DNA of 64,000 nt, taken from contig MU058714.1 in the NCBI GenBank assembly GCA_013265495.1, forward strand, positions 248,001 to 312,000. The letters run 5' to 3'. The notes below the pieces were generated by a model. It searched no databases. It was not told the origin of the DNA and worked only from the letters and a program-made list of their open reading frames with translations. The position numbers and the translations under genes were made by a program. Below are positions 34,829 through 46,120 of the stretch, piece by piece. Numbering within the stretch: position 1 is the first letter of the stretch; each line of letters begins with the position of its first letter. This stretch comes from Vicugna vicugna (taxonomy: Eukaryota).

Positions 34829-36974
34829 TAAATGCATCTTTCTGGATCGCGCTGTTCAAATCATGCTGACTTCAATCTTTTATTAATAAGAAAAGAAACG
34901 GCCCTGAGGTGGGAGAACAAAGCAGCTGCCGCCACACGGTCACAGCCCAGGCGCAGGCGGCAGGCAGGGCAAGCCGGGAGCGGCTGACCTCGCAGGGCCC
35001 TGCTCTGGTCGCCGCTGACCTCTGTGCCCTTCCCAGTAAGCCCTAAACTGCAAGTCGCGGTGTCACCATGGTTAATCACGGAGATCATGACTGTTGCTAG
35101 CAACCCTTTTCCTTAGGACTCCATCCGCCAGTTGTCTGGAGGGGGAAACCACCCACATGCAGCTTGGAAACTGAGAGGTCCCTGAGGGGCCCTCAGTGGG
35201 GTGCCCCAGCAGGAGCGCCCGAGGTGGGCACTCCCCCACCGTTTGGTGGAGGGTGGGATTCTGAGGGAGGGTTCCCAGGAGGAAAACCAAGAGAGAGGGA
35301 GCCACATGCGGCTGAGAGAGCCGTGGTCTTGGCAGAAGGCCAGCCTCAGCCTGGTCCCGCGGGACCACCAGTGCCAGTCCTACCCTGGGGCCAGCCCTTT
35401 GCACCTCCTGTCACCCTGCTGGTCACCAAGAAGGGTGGTTCTCCACAGAGGGGTCTGCTGCGAGTTGGCAGAGCTGGGGAGGGGGCGGCACCCACTGAGC
35501 ATGGTAGAAGGGATCTGGCAAAATTCTCTCCTTGACCTGAGAGCTCTCTGGTCAGCATCTCTTGGTGGCCCTATAAAGCGGTGATTACCGGTACTTCCAG
35601 CCTGTCCAAAACCCTTTGGAAGGTGTCTTTGGTCATCACAGGCTTAGAGGTGCAAATAATTGTACTAATAATTAAAAGGCAGCCAATCCAGGCCACATCG
35701 ATTTCTTGTTTTGTTTTGCTTTAAGTGGAGCTAATCTCACAGCTAGCATTTAAATGGGTCGGGCAGGAAACCATTGCATCCCATTTTCTCCTCCAAATAG
35801 ATTTTGCCCATGTCTGGTGACATGAGCTTGGCAAGGGGCTTGGGTGACAGGCCCTGCCGTGACCCAGGAGTGGCTTCCGTGAGCACACCGTTCCTATGGG
35901 TTTCCTGCTGTGGCGGCGTTAGGCACGCACACATCACACCCCAGAACAGACAGAAACCAAGCCACCAGACAGTAAGGCCCAAACGGAGGGGCTATGCAGG
36001 CATCGGGGCAGCCCGGGGTCCCGGGGGATGGAGCACACTGGAGTCGCCAGGGGCAGGAGACCTCCTCCCAGCCGCTACTGCCTCCTCGGGCCGCAGTTAA
36101 TGAGCCCCAGTTAACATGTTGATGGGGATGAGCACTGTTTATATTTGGAACCTTTTTACTGTGTCGGTTGTTGCTTTTGTTGGGGTAATGATGCTTAGGT
36201 TGGATCAGGAGCCTTGGGAAACCAGCAGCAGCAGACGCCCGCTTCCCCTGCTCTCCCCACCCCACCTCCCAGCCTCTCCCTCTTGGATGGTGCTGTGACT
36301 GCAGGGAGGGCCTCCTCCCCCGGCTCCTGCCCTCCACCGGCCCTCTGACCCCAGACACTTGTCCCGGCCACGGTCACTCTCTACCAGGCTCGCTTCGCAG
36401 GCCACGTGCCCAGAGTTCCAAGCCTTCCTGCCTCCCACCGGGTGACTCACCAATCCCGGCACCTCGGTGCTCACACTCCTTCTCAGGGGCATCTGGGAAG
36501 GGAGCTCCTAGGGGACCACTGGGGTGGGTCCCACATAGAGGAGCTGAAGGCTGAGGCTCTGGAACCAAGTTAAAGCTCAGAGCCTGGATATGCTCAGAAT
36601 ATCCCTCTCGTTGAAATGTTCCACATGCTTCAGCAGGGAACAGCCAGCACCTGTAACCACCTCAGAGAAAATACTTCACTCCCAAGTACCACGTCGGTTC
36701 AGGAGCAGGCTCGGATTACCGGGGTAAGAAAGGGCTGCCACCCGAGGTAGGGTGTCATCTCTGAAACTACCACCAGCTTCTACAGCCTGCTTCCAATCCA
36801 CCTGCCCTCCCTCCTTGAACTGTCTCCAGCCTACCTCCCACCTCCCACCTCCGAGTTCATATCTCCTTACACCTGCACCTCTGCATAGTCCTCCCTGCTC
36901 CTCACCTCCTTAGGATACCCTCATCCCTCTCCCCAATGTTAACTTCTCAAAATGCCACCCCTCTTCTAGACCCA

Positions 36975-37200
36975 GTGCATAAGTCAGCTGCTGCTGATCT
37001 AATGCTGCATAACAAAATACCCCCCCCAAAGTCAGCAGCTTACAGAAGACTTTATTCTTACTCTGACACATCTGCAGGCAGATCCCAGGAAGCTGGATGA
37101 AGGTGTGCTTAGCAGGGCGGCTCTGCTTCAGGCTGCGTGCCCCACAAGCTGGACTCAGGGTGGTGGAGCAGCAGGTTTCCCACAAATGGGCAGAGGGGTG
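36975..37200 (-). mobile_element. Degraded MLT1 LTR fragment
   Basis: taatgctgcataacaaataccccccc-aaagtcagcagctta resembles a reverse MLT1 terminus. Confidence 0.55.
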
Positions 37201-37539
37201 AGTTGGGGTAGGGCGGTAAATTTCTGGAGCTTCCAAAGCTTGGATCTTAAGATAAAGAGACTTCTAGTTTTCAACAGGGACCTAAAACATGTGAGTCAGA
37301 AAGGAGAGAAGCAGAGAGAGTGGAAATTTGAGGACAGAGATTCAGGCAGAAGGAGAGAGAGAGAAAGATGAGTAAAAGAAAACACACACACGCTTGCTGG
37401 CGGGGTAAGGCCGGAGGGCCATCGCACTGACCCAGCGCCACCAGGCAGAGCACAGGGGACACCTTCAAGTGGCCCCCACACTGATACCCACTTGCTCATG
37501 AAAACCATGAGTGGATGAGCTGTGAACGGTGGGCTCTTC

Positions 37540-38670
37540 TGGAACCTGAGTCTGGACAACCGGTTATCCTAGTTCAAAACTGGAACGGGCCCCTATCCCA
37601 CACCACAAGTGCACATTGCACGACTTTAAAATTTTTCAAAGAAAGTGCAAAAGGAAAGATTTATGATCTTGTGGTCAATAAGAAAGTCTGTTTTTAAAAA
37701 ACACAACCCAGAAGAGAAACAATGAGAAATTTTAACTGCCTTACATTTTAAATGTTATTCAAAACAGACAAGAAGGCAGGAAACTGAGCCACGATCTGGA
37801 GGTGTTTACAGCGTGTGTAAGGGACAAAGGGCTCCCAACCAGAATGCGTCTGGGACTCACAAAAATGAGTTCCAAAAAACCACCTAAAAAGTAGGAAAAT
37901 GGACAAAAGACCAAAAAGGCATTTCATAAGAGGAAATACAATGTCAATTAAAAATATGAAGCCGTATTCAACCTCATTAGTAATGAAAATGGAAATTAAA
38001 CCACCGCTGAGATCCCATTTTACAGACATCACAGCATCAAAAAAATCCTCAGTCGGACAGTATCAAGCGTTGGCGAGGACGTGGGTCAGTGATCAACTCA
38101 ACGCTGCCGGCGGATGGAAACACCACAACCACGCCAGGAACAACGTGCCCTCCCCTCAGGAGGCTAAAAACGCGCCTCCCTAAGACCCAGAATCCCCCTT
38201 CTTAGCCCAGTTTCTAGAGAACTCTTGCCCGTGTGCACCAGGAAACATGAATCTTGACAGCAGTGCTGCTTGAAATAGTTAAAAACGTACCCACCAGCTG
38301 GGGAGTGGAGGTCTGCTGTGCCTTCACACGCTGGCCTTGCGCACAGCCGAGTTTATGCGTGAATCTCAGAAACCGTGACATAGAGTTTAAAAAAAAAGCC
38401 AGGTGCAGAGGAATCACATGGTGAGGCTATTCAAGCAAAGCTCAGAAATGCACAACTAAACGGCGTGCTGTTTAGACACAGACCCGGAGGCGTTCAAACC
38501 ACCAGGAAAAGCCAGGGAAGGAAAAGCCAGACACAGGACCAAGTTCCCGTATCTGGGACGGGGAATGAAACCGGGGCGGGGGTGGGCCCGTGTGCGCCCG
38601 GGGCGGGCGGGGGTCCGCAGGCACATTTTGCTCATTTATTATTTACACTTCAAAGTCTATGCATATTTCA
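37540..38670 (+). mobile_element. Ancient L1 (L1ME-like) ORF2 end/3'UTR, GC-shifted
   Basis: aaaatggacaaaagac...aggcatttcataagaggaaataca...ttcaacctcattagtaat...aaattaaaccaccgctgagatcccatttt. Confidence 0.8.
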
Positions 38671-41359
38671 TCACGCAAGAAGGCAGCAAAGGAAAGGCCA
38701 GAAGCTAATGCGACAGGACAGAGGGAGTGACGGGGAGGAGACAAGGGCGGGGTGTGGGCGGCAGACTTGTTCTCAGAGCCAAGCAGGGGAAGGTGCCCCT
38801 CCTCAACCAGCTGATGGGGACCTGCCCCCAGTCCACTCAGTTGTGCCCCTCCTGGCCTCCAGGCCTGTCCTGCAGAGGTGACCATCTCTGCGTCTGACAC
38901 CCCACCAGCATCTCAGGCAAAGCCTGTCTGTCCTCTCGCCTGGAGGCTCATGTTGCCTGGGACACGCTGCCCTCCCCTGGAATGACCTTGGCTGGACCTG
39001 GCCTCTGGTCCAGCTGCTTATGGGAAGGTTCATCAGCCATTCAACTCGCCACCCGCCCCCCCCCCATCTGGACTCACCCTCCTTACACAGCACCTTCCCT
39101 CCTCCCTCCTCTCCTCCTTCCCATGGAATCCACAGCCTCCATGCAGGTGGGCGGGGCTCCCTGCTGTGCCCTGCCCTTCCGTGTGGGTGGTGGCCGCATG
39201 GGTGGTGGCCGGTGGGGAAGGAGCAGCCCCAAAGTCCCTCCGGGGGATGCATCCCCTTCCTAGTGCCACCTCCTCCTGGGCATGGCGCCCTGCACCAGAC
39301 GGTGAGGGGTGTGCGGCACCTGGCCCAGGAGGATACCCACAAAGCGCAGGACGGCTAATCTCTGGCCGCAGGAGGAGGGTCCCTGGGCCTCTCCGTCTGG
39401 ACAGACCGTCCCAGGGCAGGCTCCTCGGAGGTGGTCCTGAGGACTGAGCTGTCAGTCTGCCTGGTGGGCTCCCCCTCCCTTCCTGCCCCGCCACCTGCCG
39501 CTCCGGTAACACAGGGTCCTGCCTCTCAGGCTCTGCTTCCTGGAGCTGATCCCCTGGACGGCACCCCGCCACCTCAGTATTCAGCACCAACCCCAAAGTC
39601 CGGAAGCTCGCCTGCCTTCGGTCGCCCCTCACACGGAATGAGATGGATTTGGACCACAGCCCATTTGTTCGGTTTTATGGAGTATTACACGAAAATGCTA
39701 TGAAATTAGGTTCTGGCACTAACATCACCCTCTGCCATCCGTCTGCTTTTATGTCCAGCACTGAGACTGAAAGGGAAGGAGCCAGGATGGGTGGGGGCAG
39801 GAGGCTGGGGCCCACCAGCTGGAGTTTCCAGGCCAGGGAATAAGGAAGGGGAGGCAGGGTGCAGGGAAGAAGGCCTGGGCCGCCCCGGAGAAACCCAACG
39901 TGAGTTGGTGAGGAGGGTGTTGGAGAGGGTGGGGCCCCCAGACCCATGCCGAGCCCAGCACACCTTTGAGCCGGGCCTGCTGGTCTCTGAAGCCAGTCAC
40001 TAATGCAACCAGCAGAGTGCTGCTACTCAGAGCTGCTCGGGGAGGAGGGGAGGGGAGGAGAGGGGAGAGGCAGGGGACAGGGGAGAGGGGGGAGATAGCG
40101 GAGAGGAAGAGCCACTCGGGCCAAGGCCATGCTGTCCCCTCTGGCTGGCTTCTCCGAAGGGGCTGCATTATTCCCAACACCCCAGCCAGGCGGCCCTTCC
40201 TCACCTGCTCCACTCTTGAGGGTCTGGGCCGTGAGACCCTCAAATGCAAGTCTTCCCACATCACCCACAGCCCCCTCCACGCACACGCACGCACACTGCC
40301 CTAGCCTCCCCTTCCACACAGCTTCCTGCCTCCTGTCCCACAGTGAGGGTGTGGCCGCACCCAGGTTCCCGTAAGCCGTCCTCTGCAGAGGTTCTGCGGG
40401 CTGGCACCTGGGCTTGGCCCCACCGTGGGTCCTCTCAGCTGGGCATCACCTCGGAGACAAGCTACTCCAGCTCCCTTGCAGGCGGCAAGGTCCAAGCCGC
40501 CACGTGACTTGCCCAGGGCCACTGGGCCTGACTCCGGGACCGGCTCCAGGGGCAACTCTCCAACTCCTCCTGCCCCCAGGAGCCTGGACTGGACAGAAGC
40601 GCGTGGCCGTGGGTAAGAAGGACAGAGCCGGGTCAGGGGGCGGGCAGTCACTGGAAGGGGAAGGAGCTGCTGGCGCTGGACGCTTCCTGCCCTTGGTGCA
40701 GAGAGGGTGTGGGCTGGGACGAGGCCATCTCGAATTGGCCACCACCCAACCGAAACAGCCTATTTTAAGTAAGCACAGCCCTGGCCAACCTGGCTATCAA
40801 CATTTGTTTGCCTAACTCAGGGGGAAGGGGAAAAAAAAGCCCGGAGAGGCAAGCACTGATAGTGAGGGCGCTCCAGTTTCCCGTCCAGAGTTTTTGCCGC
40901 GGGCCCGCGGCCAGGAGCGCCGGCGCATTGGACCTCGCCCGCTGCCCTAAATTTAACCAGCTGAAAATCTTTTTTTAAGTCGCATCCTATTCAACCTTTT
41001 GAAATAAAGATTTGCCTTTTAATGGGAAATCTGCATTTCATTGTGTGGAGGAGCTGGGCACCCCGGCTTCGCCCATCCTCCTCCTGGACAGCAGCCTCCT
41101 GGTTTTGGCTGCCAGCCCAGGGAAGCTCGCAGAGGGCTGGGGAGCAGGGGGAGGGGTGGGGGAGGGCCCTGACTGGCAAGGCTGGTGTCCCTGGGCTGAG
41201 GGCACATTTCTGAGATGATGGGCGCAGAGGCTTCCTCTGAGAAAGCAGGAAATTAAAAAAGCAACAGAGACAGAAAGATGCCGGCCAAGAAAATAAACAA
41301 GACGCCCTGGAATTCTTGCTCACACGGGAGGTGCCCTGGGGTCGTGGGGGACCTAGGCG

Positions 41360-41525
41360 CACGCTAGCTGGGTTTAAATCCCCTGCACCCACCCGCCTCC
41401 CCAGCTCCGTGGTCCTAGCCGCTCACAGAGCGTCTCTGGGCCTCAGTGTCCCCACCTGTAAGCACACCTTCCTCCCAGGGGCCATACGAGGGCTGTAAGA
41501 GTTCGCGTGTACGAGGCCCTCGGGG
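41360..41525 (+). mobile_element. MIR fragment
   Basis: ctgggtttaaatccc...tctctgggcctcagtgtccccacctgtaa. Confidence 0.65.
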
Positions 41526-44500
41526 AGAGCCACAGACGGGGGCTGTGTAGTACATGACAGAGCCCCCCTTGTGGAGACAGCCTGTCACCGAATCACGCAG
41601 GGGAAGAGGTCACGGGCAAGGAAGGAACATTCACAACATTCAGTTCTGTGACCCCACGTGTGAAGCCAGCGCCACGCTGGGCCATGGGGGACACAGCTGT
41701 GACCTTCCACGACCTTATCATCTCACTGGGAGATGAGGCAGCCGTGGGGATGGGCCCTGGAGGAGGTGCTAGAGGGCTGACTGGGGAGACACGAGGGTGG
41801 ACCCAGCAGTTGGGAGCAGGTGTAGGGGCAGCAGGAGACGAGAGCTGACCCTGACGGAGCAAGGAGGGCAGAAAGAGGGGCCCCAGCGTGGGGCGGTGGG
41901 GGACAGAGTCCAGCCTCCCTCCTGTGTGGCCTCCTGTTCCCCCTTCCCTCCCTCCTGGCTCCCTCTCCCCTCGCTATCCCCCCACTCCCTCTCCTACGTC
42001 CGAGCACACTGTCAGGAGCAGGTGTCCTCCTGGGGGTCCTCCTGGCTCCTGAGCTCCGAGAGCTGTGAGGGTGGGGAGGGCAGGACGCCGAGACTCCAGA
42101 CCCCACGAGACGCCCAAACCCTCGTCATTTTGGCTGAAGCCCTTGCCTTCCCAGAGTCTCCCCTCTCTCTCTGTCCCCCAGTCTCTCTCCAGCTCTCTAT
42201 TTATCTCTCTGGCCCCATCTCCCCACAGCCCTCCCTGCCTTCTGCAGGTTCCCAGGGGACAGAACCTTCTGGAAAGAGAAGGCAACACAGTGACAAGTCC
42301 CCCCACTTCAGGTGGCCCCTTGGGTGCTTCTGCTCACCTGAAGGGTGTCGGGAAACAAGTCAGAGCAGAACAGCCCCTGAGCTCCGAAGCCCCCTTTCCC
42401 CAGCTGGCTTCCCCAAAGCTTGAGCTCGGGCTTCGTCTACTTACAGGTCACCAGCTTCACCGAAAGGAGGGGCCACGTAGCGATTCATGAGTAGCAGGGA
42501 AGCCGGCAGCCCCTGGACCAACTGGAGCGAGTTTCTATTTTGGGGCTTTTCCGCAAAGCCTCAGAGACCCAGGCCTCAGCTCCAGGAGAGCCGGGGAGCA
42601 AAATGACTGTCGGAAAAACCTATGAGAAAGGAAACATTTCAATAAAAGGTATTAAAATATAAAGCAATGGTACATTTTTAAACACCTCTCCCTTGTGTTC
42701 CCCCAGGGCGCCTGCGACTTGCTGCTGGAAGGGGAGACTTCGGAAACGTAACTTTGTCTGCGGAACAACTCGGGGTGCCCCTCCCTGCCCGGCTTGGGCT
42801 GGGGGGCCCCGTCCAGCTCCAGCGGAGGCCTGTCGGGCGGCGGGGACCAGGCTGGCAGGCCGCGCAGAGCTGCCTGGCTGTCACAGGCTTTGTGTTGTAT
42901 TATTTAAGACCCAGCGCGCCCAGCCTGCGCTGCAGCCGGCCGCACAGTTTACATTCCCAGCAGAGGGGAATATCTGAAGGGATATTTGCAAAAAGCTGAG
43001 TTAAGTAAATATTTCATGCCCATTAAGGTGATGGCTGGCGATGCTGTGTGGGAGTGGCTGTGGGAGGGGAGGTCCCAGCACAGAATGTGCAGAGGGTCCT
43101 CAGGGGGCCCGCACGAGCAGCAAGCAGACCTCCCCCGATGCTAGCTTGCCTATGTCAGCGAAATCCCAGTCCTGCCCAAGGAGGGGTCCACAGGCCCTCA
43201 GACAAGCTGTGTCGGGTCCATGGACTGCAGCCCGGGCAAGGAACCCCCCATCTGCCCAGCATGGCCCCAGCCCCTGGGCCACCTGGAACCATCTCCCAGG
43301 CTCCTACCCTCCTCCAGCCTCCCCCAGGGCTCTAGGACCGGGCATCTGAGGGAGGGGCCTTTCTCCCAAGCCAGGCCTCAGGCAAAGTCCCCCCTCCCAG
43401 GTCAGGCTGGGGTGAAACGTCTGTAGGTGGGAGCCTGGGGCCAGGGTTAAGGGGGGCACGCCCCTGCTTCCCTCCCCTGAGGCTTCCCACTGGGACGGGC
43501 CTTCTCCCAGCCGGTGAGTGTGAGGGGGGAGAGGAAGAGCTCTCCTGGGGGGGTGGGGGGCACCAATACTCAGTCTTCCTTCTGGAGGAGCCTGAAGAGG
43601 GGACAGGGTGCGCAGGGGAGGGTGAAGCTCAGGGAGGGGATGTCCGGAAGGTAGGGGTGGGGAGGGATGGGGGGACTGATGGGGGAGGGGCCGGCGCAGT
43701 AAGGAGCCGCTTGATCCAGATGCGTCCCCATGCAGACCAATGCCGCCAGCGCTGTTAGCCACAAAAATAGGATGGACACGAAGGGCCCAACTGGTGATTG
43801 AAGCCAGGTGAGCCGGACAGACGGGACAGGGCCCGGCAGGGGATACAAGGGCCGGCAACGGACACCTCGACCCCAGGAGGAGCAGGGCATCGGGGCCACC
43901 CCAACGAGAGGGACGGAGACCCCGAGCTTCCATTCCTTCGGGTTCCCGGACACACAGGCCAGCCATGTGACCTCTCTGTCCACGGAGGACAGAGGGTTTG
44001 CCCAAACCCTGGCGGGCAGCGAGCACCATCTCCCGACACCTGGGGTGTCTGAGCGACGTGTCCCCAGGGAACTGCAGAGACCCTCATGAGCAACTGAGGG
44101 CTTCTGCTTGGATTTCCAGGTCTCAGCAAGAAAAACGTGTCACCCAGCCTTCAGTCCAGCAGGAAACAGAGAGGCCAGGAACGGTGGCCGCTGATGCTCG
44201 ACCACACGGCTTCCTCCCTCCATCACAGACCCAGCAGCGCCGGCTGGGGGCCCCTGGGCCTCTTCCCCTGGACCCACTCTGCCCCCACCAGGTCCCTCGA
44301 TTCTCAGGCAGCACTTTCAGGGTCTTGGTTCCATCCAGCCCAGGCCTGGAACCACACAGCTGTGGGTCAGGGGCCAGCCCCTTGTGAGGACCTTACAGGG
44401 ACCCTGGGCCTCTCTGGTTCCACAGTCAAATGGGAGCATGAGTCATCATTGTAACTGCAGTTACTATTACAGCAAGGCCACAGCCCAGAAGTGCCACCAT

Positions 44501-45269
44501 TTGTCCTCAAACTGTCCCTCTGCAGTGTAAGGCTCTGCAGAGTTTTCTTGGCATGAGGGGCCCTGGGAACAAGACAGCCCTCTCAGCTTCCAGGCTCATG
44601 GAAGTTCTCCGGGATGGACACGGGATCTGCATCTGCTCTGGAAGCCAAAGGGCTGAAGCAGAAATTAGCAACATCCATGTCCATGCGACACCTGCAGGAC
44701 CAGGGATGCCCAAAGGGGTTCCAGGACGACCCCAGGAGGTCTCAGCAAAGGCAGGAGGAGGGAAAGGAGGCAGGGGACGAGAAAGAGCAGAGGGGAAGTG
44801 GAGAGAGATGAAGAGGGACAAGGGTGATGCATGGCATGGGGGCCACTGGCTTCCGTATCCAAGGCCACTGTGCCCGATGGAGAGCCCAGGACACGGGGGC
44901 AGGGCCACGCCCAGGGGAGAAGGCTCAGAGACACTGGAGGGGAAAGCAGAGGCCCGCAGGCAGCGGCTGAGCCGCTCTGTGCCTCAGTTTCCCCATCTGC
45001 AGCACGAGGCAGCAAGGAGTCAGCACTCGGGGTGGGAGCCCCAGGTCAACAAGGCGGCCCAGATGCTGCTGTCAGGTTTAAGTAGAGCTGCATTATCACT
45101 CGTGGGTCACGGAAAGGGACCAGATAATAGACGTGATGACAATGTAGTAGGGTGCTCGCTTCAGCAGGACACAAACTAAAATAGGGAGGATGCGGAGAAA
45201 TCAGCCTGGCTTCCTGCAAGGAGGACTCTGAAATCTGTGAAGGACATTACATTTAAAAACAACAACAGG

Positions 45270-45897
45270 TGTTCAAATAAAAACTAGTACCAAAAGGTCG
45301 AAACAGCTCAGATGTCCATCAGTGGGTGAATGAATAAACAAAATGTGGTCCAGCCACACGGTGGACTATTATGCAGCCAGTAAAAGGAATGAAGTTCCAG
45401 CACATGCCATGACATGGATGAACCTTGAAAGCATCGTGCTAAGTGAAGGAAGCCAGACACAAAAGCCACACATGCAATGATTCCATTTATAGGAAACACC
45501 CAGAATAGGCAAATCCACAGGGGCAGAAAGTAGATTGGTGATTGCTGGGGGTGGGATGTGGGGGGCAGACAGGGGGATACGTAGGCAATGACTGATAATG
45601 TGCACAGGGGGAGGGTGTAGCTCAGTGGTAGAGCATGTGCTTAGCATGCACGAGGTCATGGGTTTGATCCCCAGTACCTCCACTTGAACAAATAAATTGA
45701 TAAATAAACCTAATTACCTCCCCCAAAACAACAAAACAAAAAAATAAGATACAGGGCTTCTTTTTGAGATGGTGACAATGTTCTGAACCAGACCGAGTGG
45801 TGGTTTCACAACATAATGAACGCACTGAACGCCCCCGAGCTGTGCACTTTAAAACAGTCAATTTCAGGTTATATGGACATCACCTCAAGAAAATAAA
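45270..45897 (+). mobile_element. L1MB-like 3' end interrupted by a SINE
   Basis: atgtccatcagtgggtgaatgaataaacaaaatgtggt...acatggatgaaccttgaaagcatcgtgctaagtgaaggaagccagacacaaaag. Confidence 0.9.
45607..45745 (+). mobile_element. tRNA-Ala-derived SINE (vic-1-like)
   Basis: gggggagggtgtagctcagtggtagagcatgtgcttagcatgcacgaggtc...aaataaacctaattacctccccc plus A-rich tail. Confidence 0.92.
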
Positions 45898-46009
45898 GAC
45901 AACAGCAAAAATAGTGACAACATCGGGCACCGGCCGCGCACTGGGCAGGGCCCTGGGGCTGCAGCTCAGCGAGCTGCCCCACGGCCCTGCGGTGTGGGCG
46001 CCCCACTGT

Positions 46010-46120
46010 CCCCCTTTTATACCTGAAGGAATCAAAGCTCAGAGAGAGTGAGCGACTTACCCAAGGTCACCCAGCCACTAAGGGGTAGAGTGGGATTCGA
46101 ATCCCACACTCTGGCTCCAG
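46010..46120 (-). mobile_element. MIR fragment
   Basis: gctcagagagagtgagcgacttacccaaggtcacccagc...gggattcgaatccc. Confidence 0.8.
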
